Shown here in pieces: positions 56,683 to 64,000 of a DNA stretch of 64,000 bases. Numbering within the stretch: the stretch's first letter is position 1; each line of letters begins with the position of its first letter. A model generated the notes under the pieces. It was not told the DNA's origin and ran no database searches. It saw only the letters and a program-made list of their open reading frames with translations. The translations under genes were made by a program, and so were the position numbers. This DNA comes from Candidatus Spongiisociaceae bacterium (GTDB taxonomy: Bacteria; Actinomycetota; Acidimicrobiia; Spongiisociales; Spongiisociaceae): assembly GCA_965219685.1 (NCBI GenBank), contig CBDCOH010000002.1:2400001-2464000 (forward strand), given 5' to 3'.

Positions 56683-59277
56683 ATGCCTAGACCTCTCATC
56701 ATCGTCGAGTCGGCGACCAAGGCACGCACGATCGCCGGCTATCTGGGGCGCGGATACCGTGTGGAGTCCTCCCAGGGCCACATCCGTGATCTACCCAACA
56801 ACGCCAAACAGATCCCGGCCAAGTTCAAGGACCAACGTTGGGCCAGGGACTGGGGCGTGAACGTGGATCGTGACTTCAAGCCCCTGTACGTCGTTCCGCC
56901 TGAGAGCCGCAAGACGGTCCAGACCCTCAAGCGCCTGGTCAAGGAGGCCTCCGAGTTGTACCTCGCAACTGACGAGGACCGAGAGGGCGAGGCGATCGCG
57001 TGGCACCTCAAGAAGGTGCTCAAACCAAACGTGCCGATGCACCGGATGGTGTTCCACGAGATAACCCGCGCGGCGATCCGAACAGCGCTCGAGAATCCGA
57101 GAGAAATCAACAGCGATCTGGTCGACGCCCAGGAAGCCCGCCGCACCCTAGACCGCCTGGTCGGCTACGGCCTGTCGCCCGTGCTCTGGAGGAAGGTGAA
57201 GCGCGGCCTGTCCGCGGGACGCGTGCAGAGCGTCGCGGTCAGGCTGATCGTGGAACGGGAGCGACGACGCATCGCCTTCCGCTCGGCGGGCTTCTGGAGC
57301 ATCGAGGGACTGTTCGCCACAGAACGTGGTGAGACGTTCACCGCCTCTCTCACAGCAATCGACGGGACGCGCCCGGCCGGGAGCAGGGACTTCAATGAAC
57401 GCGGCGAACTCACGACCTCGAAGGTCGTACGGCTCGACGAGACCCGCGCACGCGATGTCTCAGCCGGGATCGAAGGCTGCCATCTCGCGGTGCGGTCCGT
57501 CGTTGCCAAGCCGTACAGCAGGAATCCCTACGCCCCGTTCCGTACCTCGACACTCCAGCAGGAAGCGTCCCGGAAGCTGCGGTTCGCCGCGTCCAGGACG
57601 ATGAACGCCGCGCAGCGGTTGTACGAGCGCGGTCACATCACCTACATGCGTACAGACAGCACCAACCTCTCGGAAACGGCGCTGAAGACGGCCCGGGCGG
57701 AGATCCTCAAGCGCTACGGATCCCGGTACCTGGCCGCCAAGCCGCGGCGCTACGCCAACAAGGTCAAGAACGCCCAGGAGGCGCACGAGGCGATCCGCCC
57801 GGCCGGCGACTCGTGGCGAACACCCCAGCAGCTGTCGAAGCTCGTCAACGACCGGGACCAGCAACGCGTCTACCGCCTGATCTGGACCCGCACCCTGGCG
57901 TCGCAGATGGCCCCCGCTCGGGGCGAGAGCACCCGGGTCCGGCTCGGTGGGACGATCCAAGGAGGGACCGATGTGGAATTCGGGGCCACCGGCAGGACGG
58001 TCACCTTCGCAGGGTTTCTCCGGGTCTACGTGGAAGGGCAGGACGACCCCGACAGGGAAGTCGACGACCGCGAGCGCCATCTCCCGGCCTTGGCCGTCGA
58101 TGATCGGGTCCTGGCCCGGGATGTCACGGCGAAAGGGCGCCAGACGCAGCCCCCGCACCGTTTCACCGAGGCCTCGCTCATCAAGCAACTGGAGGACATG
58201 GGTATCGGCCGGCCCTCGACCTACGCCTCGATAATCGCAACGGTGATCGGGCGCGGCTACGTGTTCAAGAAGGGGAACGCCCTCATCCCCTCGATCACCG
58301 GGTTCGCCACCACCCAGCTGCTCGAACGCCACTTCGAGGACCTGGTTGACTTCGGCTTCACCGCACGGATGGAGGACGACCTCGACAAGATCGCCAGGGG
58401 TGAGACGGAGAAGGTTCCCTGGCTCCGACGCTTCTTCCACGGCAACGGGGCTCCGGGCCTGTACCGCCTGGTGTCGGGCGAGCATGTCGACGGCATCGAC
58501 CCGCGCCAGATCTTCCTTGATCTGGGGAAGGACGAGCAGGGCGAGCCGGTGATGGTACGGGTCGGCAGGTACGGTCCCTACGTCGCCAGGGGTGACGATC
58601 GGGCATCGGTGCCGGAGGACATCCCGCCCGACGAGTTGTCCGTGGAGCGGGCCGTGGAGATGTTGGAAGCGCCGCAGGGGGACAAGATCCTGGGCACGGA
58701 TCCCGACTCGGGTCTCACCGTGCTGGCTCGAATCGGTCGATACGGACCGTACGTGCAACTGGGCGAGGACGCGAAGGGAGCAGGAAAGCCCAAGCGTGCC
58801 TCCCTTCTCCGCAACATGGTCATCGATGAGTTGGCGCTTGACGACGCCCTGAAGCTGCTCTCCCTTCCCCGCCAGGTCGGCGCTCATCCGGAGACGGGCG
58901 AGATGATCGTGGCGGGTAACGGACGCTACGGCCCATATCTCAAGATGGGCAAGGCCTACCGGAACCTCGACAACCCGCAACGCCTGTTCGACATCACGCT
59001 CGGGGAGGCCGTCAAGGTGATGAACGCCCCCAAGCAGACCAGACGCCGGGGAGCCGCCCCCCCACTGAAGGAACTCGGGAAGGATCCGGTATCGGGAGGC
59101 ACGGTCCTACTCAGGACCGGACGCTACGGACCCTACGTGACCGACGGCGCCGTCAACGCCTCCGTGCGCGAGGATGCCATCCCGGACCTCAGCCTCGAAC
59201 AGGCCGCCGTCCTGCTGGCACGCCGGAGAGAGAAGCTCAAGGAGCAAGGCAAGTGGCCTCCCAAGAAGAGACGTTAG
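56683..59277 (+). CDS. topA: DNA topoisomerase I
   Basis: IVES..KA, GHIRDL, ATDEDREGE, SAGRVQ, ITYMRTD, GIGRPSTY; GRYGPY C-terminal repeats. Confidence 0.97.
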   Translation: MPRPLIIVESATKARTIAGYLGRGYRVESSQGHIRDLPNNAKQIPAKFKDQRWARDWGVNVDRDFKPLYVVPPESRKTVQTLKRLVKEASELYLATDEDREGEAIAWHLKKVLKPNVPMHRMVFHEITRAAIRTALENPREINSDLVDAQEARRTLDRLVGYGLSPVLWRKVKRGLSAGRVQSVAVRLIVERERRRIAFRSAGFWSIEGLFATERGETFTASLTAIDGTRPAGSRDFNERGELTTSKVVRLDETRARDVSAGIEGCHLAVRSVVAKPYSRNPYAPFRTSTLQQEASRKLRFAASRTMNAAQRLYERGHITYMRTDSTNLSETALKTARAEILKRYGSRYLAAKPRRYANKVKNAQEAHEAIRPAGDSWRTPQQLSKLVNDRDQQRVYRLIWTRTLASQMAPARGESTRVRLGGTIQGGTDVEFGATGRTVTFAGFLRVYVEGQDDPDREVDDRERHLPALAVDDRVLARDVTAKGRQTQPPHRFTEASLIKQLEDMGIGRPSTYASIIATVIGRGYVFKKGNALIPSITGFATTQLLERHFEDLVDFGFTARMEDDLDKIARGETEKVPWLRRFFHGNGAPGLYRLVSGEHVDGIDPRQIFLDLGKDEQGEPVMVRVGRYGPYVARGDDRASVPEDIPPDELSVERAVEMLEAPQGDKILGTDPDSGLTVLARIGRYGPYVQLGEDAKGAGKPKRASLLRNMVIDELALDDALKLLSLPRQVGAHPETGEMIVAGNGRYGPYLKMGKAYRNLDNPQRLFDITLGEAVKVMNAPKQTRRRGAAPPLKELGKDPVSGGTVLLRTGRYGPYVTDGAVNASVREDAIPDLSLEQAAVLLARRREKLKEQGKWPPKKRR

Positions 59278-59400
59278 GTGTTTGGTATTAGGTGTTAGGT
59301 GTTGGGCGGCTTCTACCACGTTGTAATATGTCACCATTCACCATTCACCATTCACCATTCACCATTCACCATTCACCACTCACCACTCACCACTCACCAC
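59273..59400. repeat. Facing heptamer arrays: GTTAGGT-like x4-5 and (TCACCAT)6(TCACCAC)4
   Basis: GTTAGGT GTTTGGT ATTAGGT GTTAGGT across the topA stop; 70-bp array at 59331-59400. Confidence 0.92.
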
Positions 59401-59402
59401 TC

Positions 59403-60578
59403 CTAACCCCCAGCCACCATCAAACGCCACAGATTCCTTCCCCTCCTCGCGCGGGCGCCCGCCCCCATCGCTAGCACTACCAGACCGACTGCCGCCCCTA
59501 CGGAGGGGAACAGAAGGATGAGCAACTCCAAGGGAAGCAGCGGCAGGACGAATGCTCCGTAGACACCCAACCGGTTACGGCTCGCGAAGCGCCCCAGGAA
59601 GACCAGGACGGGTAGCGGCGCCGTCGCTATCAGTAACAGCAGGGCCACCAGCAGCACCGGGATCGCCGCCAGGCCGACAAGCGTCAGACCCGCCGCCATC
59701 CTCGGCGATCCCCAAACCACCCCCGCGATCGGAACGGCGACCGGTAGAGCCAGCATGGCCAGGCGGACCAGACCTATGCCGAAACATTTGACCGGGTGGC
59801 TCCGCAGGTTGGCGACCGAACGTTCCAACTGCTCGGGGGCATACCAGATCCGGAGAAGACCGTAGGCGAGTAGAAGCAGGAACGCGACGACTCCGTACAT
59901 CAGGGCGCCAGCTTTGAAGCGGAAGTCGGGAGCCAGGGGAAGCCGCCGAACCGCGGTGCCGCCGATGACGGCCTCCGGGTGGACGGTCGCCGCTCGGGCG
60001 CTGCGGTAGCCGAGATCCTCTACAACGTGCGCACCGTCGAGAACCACCATGCTCCCGACGGTCATCTCCACATCCCTTCCGACCGTCCCGGAGATGACCG
60101 TACGGCCGAAGGTGCGCCCTCCCATGTCGTGACCTACGTCGCCGCCCATGATCAGCGATCGGGACCAGACGAGGCTATCCACGCCGATCGACCCTCCGAG
60201 GTAGACATCACGCCCCAGCCCGACCACATCGCGCCCCACCTCGCCGCCAATGTCGAGGTCGACACCCACCAGCCGGACCGATCCGGTCACCACACCGGTG
60301 ACGCTGGCGGTGGTGGCGACCCCGATGATGTCGCCCTCCACCCGGCCCGACACGTCCAGATGCTCCCCTGCCAGGACGACGAGATCCCCCTCGATCGTCC
60401 CCGCCATCCTCACGACAGACGCCGCCACGTAGAGGCTCTCCTCCACCACCTCCCCCTCGCGGATCAGGAAGATGCCGGCCGACGCTGTCCGGAGGGCTTG
60501 CGGTGCGTCGGCGGCGACGAGGAGAACCATCGCCAAACCCAGTCCGACAAGACCGGCAAGGCGCTTGGGCTCAACCAC
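59403..60578 (-). CDS. Secreted beta-helix (bactofilin-like repeats) plus multi-TM membrane protein
   Basis: Signal peptide, GxVxGD/GxIxGD repeats, C-terminal hydrophobic helices. Confidence 0.7.
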   Translation of the reverse strand: MVEPKRLAGLVGLGLAMVLLVAADAPQALRTASAGIFLIREGEVVEESLYVAASVVRMAGTIEGDLVVLAGEHLDVSGRVEGDIIGVATTASVTGVVTGSVRLVGVDLDIGGEVGRDVVGLGRDVYLGGSIGVDSLVWSRSLIMGGDVGHDMGGRTFGRTVISGTVGRDVEMTVGSMVVLDGAHVVEDLGYRSARAATVHPEAVIGGTAVRRLPLAPDFRFKAGALMYGVVAFLLLLAYGLLRIWYAPEQLERSVANLRSHPVKCFGIGLVRLAMLALPVAVPIAGVVWGSPRMAAGLTLVGLAAIPVLLVALLLLIATAPLPVLVFLGRFASRNRLGVYGAFVLPLLPLELLILLFPSVGAAVGLVVLAMGAGARARRGRNLWRLMVAGG

Positions 60579-62013
60579 CAGCCCGGGTCAGCAAGTCCAT
60601 GAGCGGACCGGGAAAGACCCCGAACGCGATCGTGATGGCGGTCGAGGCGAGCAGTACGCCCCGTACGTGCAAGGCGGGAGACACCTCGGCCCCGCTCCCG
60701 TCGCCGGAACGGAAGTACATCAGCACCACCAGGCGAAGGTAGAAGAAGAAAGCGGCCACCGACGAGAGCAGACCGACGATCACCAGCCACCCGTACCCTC
60801 CGTCCCATGCCGCGCTGAACACCTGGAACTTGCCGATGAAACCGGTGGTGAGGGGCATCCCGGACATGGCGATCATCAGGGTGGCCAGCACGGCTGCCAC
60901 GACCGGGGACCGGCTGCCCAGACCTCGGTAGTCGTCGAACGCGCTGCCGGACGAGGCGGGACCGCTCACCGCGGTAACAGCTGCGAAGGCCCCGACAAGC
61001 ATCACAGAGTAGGTGGCCAGATAGAACAGCACGCCATCGGTCCCGGCCAGGCCGGCCGTGATCCCGGTGAGTATGAAACCTGCGTGCGCCACACCCGAGT
61101 AGGCCAGCATGCGCCGGACGTCGGACTGCTGGATCGCCAGCAGGGTCCCGAACACCACCGAGACAGCTGCGAGCACCGCCAAGCCGTCCGCCCATGCCCT
61201 CTGGTACCTGTCGAAGCCGATGATCAGGATGTTGATGAGGGCCGCGAACCCGCCCACCTTGGCCGCGGCCGCCATGAAACCTACGACGCCGGCCGGCGCC
61301 CCTTGGTAGACATCCGGCGCCCAGGAGTGGAACGGAGCAGCCGTGACCTTGAATCCCATCCCGACAACCAGCAACGCCATGCCTATCAGGAGCACCGCCG
61401 GGCGCGCCACGTGGTAGGCGCCCAGCACACCGCCTGTCTCCACCAGGTTGGTGGTTCCGGTTCCCGCATAGGCAAGCGCGCCACCGTAGATGAAGATCGC
61501 GGATGCGAAGGCCCCCAGGAGGAAGTACTTCATGGCCGCCTCGTCACCTGCAGTGGAGTTGCGCACTATCCCGGCCAGCACGTAGAGGGCTATGGAACCG
61601 ACCTCCAGCGCCACGAACACCATGACGAGGTCCGCCGACGCCCCCATCAGCATGAAACCGGCGGTCGAGACGAGGACCAGGCTGATGCCCTCAGCCATCC
61701 TGCGCCCGAGCCCGACGAGCATCTCCCAGGCGGTGACCGTGCCCAGCACGGCCACGACCAGCAGCACGATACGGGCGGACACGGAGAGGTTGTGCAGGAA
61801 GAGGGTCCCTCCGAAGGAGGTTCCCACACCGTCGATCCCGACCCGGTGCCATTGCCCTCCGATCGCCACAGCCACTGCCACGAACGTGACCGCGGCGATC
61901 CACCCGTGCACTCGTGGCCGCGGGTGGACGAACACATCCACCATGAGTACCGCCACCGCCCCCACCAGCAGGAGGAGTTCGGGAGCGATGGCGAGGTACG
62001 AGACGTCTATCAC
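60571..62013 (-). CDS. nuoN: NADH-quinone oxidoreductase subunit N
   Basis: EAAMKYFLLG, GFKVTAAPFHSWAPDVYQGAP, RMLAYSGVAHAG; GTGA overlap with nuoM. Confidence 0.95.
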   Translation of the reverse strand: MIDVSYLAIAPELLLLVGAVAVLMVDVFVHPRPRVHGWIAAVTFVAVAVAIGGQWHRVGIDGVGTSFGGTLFLHNLSVSARIVLLVVAVLGTVTAWEMLVGLGRRMAEGISLVLVSTAGFMLMGASADLVMVFVALEVGSIALYVLAGIVRNSTAGDEAAMKYFLLGAFASAIFIYGGALAYAGTGTTNLVETGGVLGAYHVARPAVLLIGMALLVVGMGFKVTAAPFHSWAPDVYQGAPAGVVGFMAAAAKVGGFAALINILIIGFDRYQRAWADGLAVLAAVSVVFGTLLAIQQSDVRRMLAYSGVAHAGFILTGITAGLAGTDGVLFYLATYSVMLVGAFAAVTAVSGPASSGSAFDDYRGLGSRSPVVAAVLATLMIAMSGMPLTTGFIGKFQVFSAAWDGGYGWLVIVGLLSSVAAFFFYLRLVVLMYFRSGDGSGAEVSPALHVRGVLLASTAITIAFGVFPGPLMDLLTRAGG

Positions 62014-63554
62014 TCGCCGCCTCCGGAGAGGATCAACCCGGGTCCGCCGGGGTCGGGCGCTTCGTAGCCGGTGGTGGCTTCGATCCTGGCAAGCACCGCG
62101 TCGGTGGACGGCCCGATCACGTCCAGCGCCACCTTCGGGTATACCCCGAGCAGGATGATCAGGGCCACCAGTGGGACGAACACCAGAGTCTCGCCGATCG
62201 AGAGATCCGCCACCCCGTGGTTGGCGGGATCGGTCGGCTTCCCGGTGAAGACCCGCTCGTACGCCCACAGGAGATAGACCGCGGCGAGGATCACGCCGAC
62301 CGCGGCGATGACCGTGTAGACCGGCAGGGTGGGGTAACTACCCATCAGGATGAGGAACTCTCCGACGAAGCCGTTGAGGCCGGGAAGGCCGATGGAGGCG
62401 AAGGCTATGAACAGGAACATCCCCGCGAACACCGGCATCGACGAGGCCAGTCCTCCGAAGTCGGCGATCAGCTTGGTGTGGCGGCGCTCGTAGATGATCC
62501 CCACCAGGAGGAACAGAGCGCCCGTGGTGAGCCCGTGGTTGATCATCTGCACGACTCCGCCCTGGAGGCTCTGGGAGGTCAGGGCGAAGGTGCCGAGCAC
62601 GATGAAGCCCAAGTGGCTGACCGATGAGTAGGCGACCAGTTTCTTCAGATCGGGCTGGACGATCGCCACCACCGCCCCGTAGATCACCCCCACCACGGCC
62701 AGGGTGGCCAGCAGGGGGACGAAGTCGAGCGTGGCTTCGGGGAACAGCGGCAGGTTGAAGCGGAGCAGCCCGTAGGTGCCGAGCTTCAGCAACACCCCCG
62801 CCAGGAGGACCGAGCCCGCAGTGGGCGCCTCGACGTGGGCGTCGGGCAGCCAGGTGTGGAACGGGAAGACGGGCACCTTGATGGCGAAGGCCAGGGCGAA
62901 AGCCCCGAACAGCCATCTCTGCGTTGTGACGCCCAGATCGAGATCGAGCATCGCCAGGTACGAGAATCCGAACTCGCCGGTCTGGTCCCTATGGATGAAT
63001 GCCAGCGCGATGATGCCGGCCAGCATCAACGCCGAACCGAACGCCGTGTAGAGGAAGAACTTGATCGCCGCGTAGATGCGGTTCTCGCTTCCCCATATGC
63101 CGATGATGAAGGCCATGGGGATCAGGATCACCTCGAAGAACACGAAGAAGAGGAACAGGTCGAGCGAGAGGAACACCCCGATGAGGCCGGCTTCGAGGAG
63201 CAGGTTCATAGCCACGAAGAGCCTCACCCTGTGATCCACGCCCATGGATGCCCCGAGGGCCACCGGAACCAGCACGGTGGTGAGCACCACGAGCAGGAGG
63301 GATATGCCGTCCACGCCCAGATGCCAGGCCACGCCGAGTTGTTCGATCCAGACCACCCGCTCGACGAACTGGAATCCGGCCCGGCCCCGCTCGAACTCGA
63401 GGAACAGGACCCCGGCCGGCGCAACCGGTAGAAGGCTCAGGATCACCCCCAACGGGCGAACCAACTCGCGACGCCGCTCGGGGATCAGCATGACCACCAC
63501 CGCCGCCAGCGCGGGAACCAGGATCAGTGCGCTGAGCGTCGAGAAGCCGCTCAT
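62010..63554 (-). CDS. nuoM: NADH-quinone oxidoreductase subunit M
   Basis: LGVDGISL, KVPVFPFHTWLPDAHVEAP, AYSSVSHLG. Confidence 0.96.
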   Translation of the reverse strand: MSGFSTLSALILVPALAAVVVMLIPERRRELVRPLGVILSLLPVAPAGVLFLEFERGRAGFQFVERVVWIEQLGVAWHLGVDGISLLLVVLTTVLVPVALGASMGVDHRVRLFVAMNLLLEAGLIGVFLSLDLFLFFVFFEVILIPMAFIIGIWGSENRIYAAIKFFLYTAFGSALMLAGIIALAFIHRDQTGEFGFSYLAMLDLDLGVTTQRWLFGAFALAFAIKVPVFPFHTWLPDAHVEAPTAGSVLLAGVLLKLGTYGLLRFNLPLFPEATLDFVPLLATLAVVGVIYGAVVAIVQPDLKKLVAYSSVSHLGFIVLGTFALTSQSLQGGVVQMINHGLTTGALFLLVGIIYERRHTKLIADFGGLASSMPVFAGMFLFIAFASIGLPGLNGFVGEFLILMGSYPTLPVYTVIAAVGVILAAVYLLWAYERVFTGKPTDPANHGVADLSIGETLVFVPLVALIILLGVYPKVALDVIGPSTDAVLARIEATTGYEAPDPGGPGLILSGGGE

Positions 63555-63596
63555 GGTCCACCGGTCCACACGGTGCGATCCCTACGGGTGCCCATC

Positions 63597-64000
63597 TCAA
63601 AGACCCCGGGCGACTATCCAGGCCACGATCCCGACCGCGCCCGCCGCCAGCACCGCACCGTACGACCGCACGAATCCTGACTGCAGGGGGCGTAGCCGCC
63701 GGCCCAGTCGCCGGACGGCCGCCCCGACCCCGTTCACGAGACCGTCGATGGTTCTCTGATCGACGGCCCCTGCGCTCCACAGGGCGATCCTCATACCCGG
63801 CTTGACGATCAGGGTGCCGTAGACATCGTCCACCCAGTAACCGTTCTCCCACGCCATGAGCGGTCGCCGCACCTTGCCCAGGAGGCGCTCCCGTGTCTCC
63901 TCGGAGGCATGGCGATAGAGAAGGAAGGCGATGGCGATGCCCACCACCCCGGCGGCGACCGAGACCAGGGCCAGCGCGCCGAGCAGGAACCCGTCCTCCG
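63597..64000 (-). CDS. nuoL: NADH-quinone oxidoreductase subunit L (C-terminal part)
   Basis: NGYWVDDVY, DQRTIDGLVNG, LQSGFVRSY; upstream of nuoM. Confidence 0.9.
   Translation of the reverse strand, partial: EDGFLLGALALVSVAAGVVGIAIAFLLYRHASEETRERLLGKVRRPLMAWENGYWVDDVYGTLIVKPGMRIALWSAGAVDQRTIDGLVNGVGAAVRRLGRRLRPLQSGFVRSYGAVLAAGAVGIVAWIVARGL

Noticed and set aside
59331-59400. Possible CRISPR array or FTIHHSP-repeat ORF (59292..59474)
   Set aside because: Simple 7-bp tandem units without spacers and no cas genes; the ORF is just the translated repeat

Overview
GC-rich actinobacterial-type DNA; the SigH/RsrA pair, the TopA C-terminal repeats and the MFS-tmk-holB block suggest Acidimicrobiia (inference). 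Housekeeping genes flank the window. On the left are DUF2236, rsrA-sigH, tRNA-Thr(CGT), an acyltransferase and a K+ channel; on the right are an O-methyltransferase, holB, tmk, an MFS, topA and nuoLMN. Between them (~3.5-52 kb) lies a paralog-rich metabolic supercluster: 4 MmgE/PrpD genes (5 domains), 3 Asp/Glu-racemase-like, 3 Ldh_2-family, 3 stand-alone CCG Fe-S proteins, 3 chromate-transporter systems, an FhuF-like reductase, AcnX, opine and D-amino-acid dehydrogenases, a peptide/nickel-type ABC importer, a 2-oxoacid dehydrogenase, a ferredoxin and IscA. The main discovery is a repeated operator-like motif: the palindrome CGATATCG in 2-3 copies at exact 13-bp periodicity, found in 12 promoter regions between 5.3 and 46.2 kb, nine of them divergent. 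It ties the cluster into one putative regulon, and the only transcription factor inside it is a PadR-family protein. Other observations are heptamer arrays at gene 3' ends, an SDR/dihydroorotase chimeric remnant, a frameshifted aspartic protease, an amber-interrupted MFS and likely pseudo-enzymes. All calls come from reading motifs by eye; no database searches were run.
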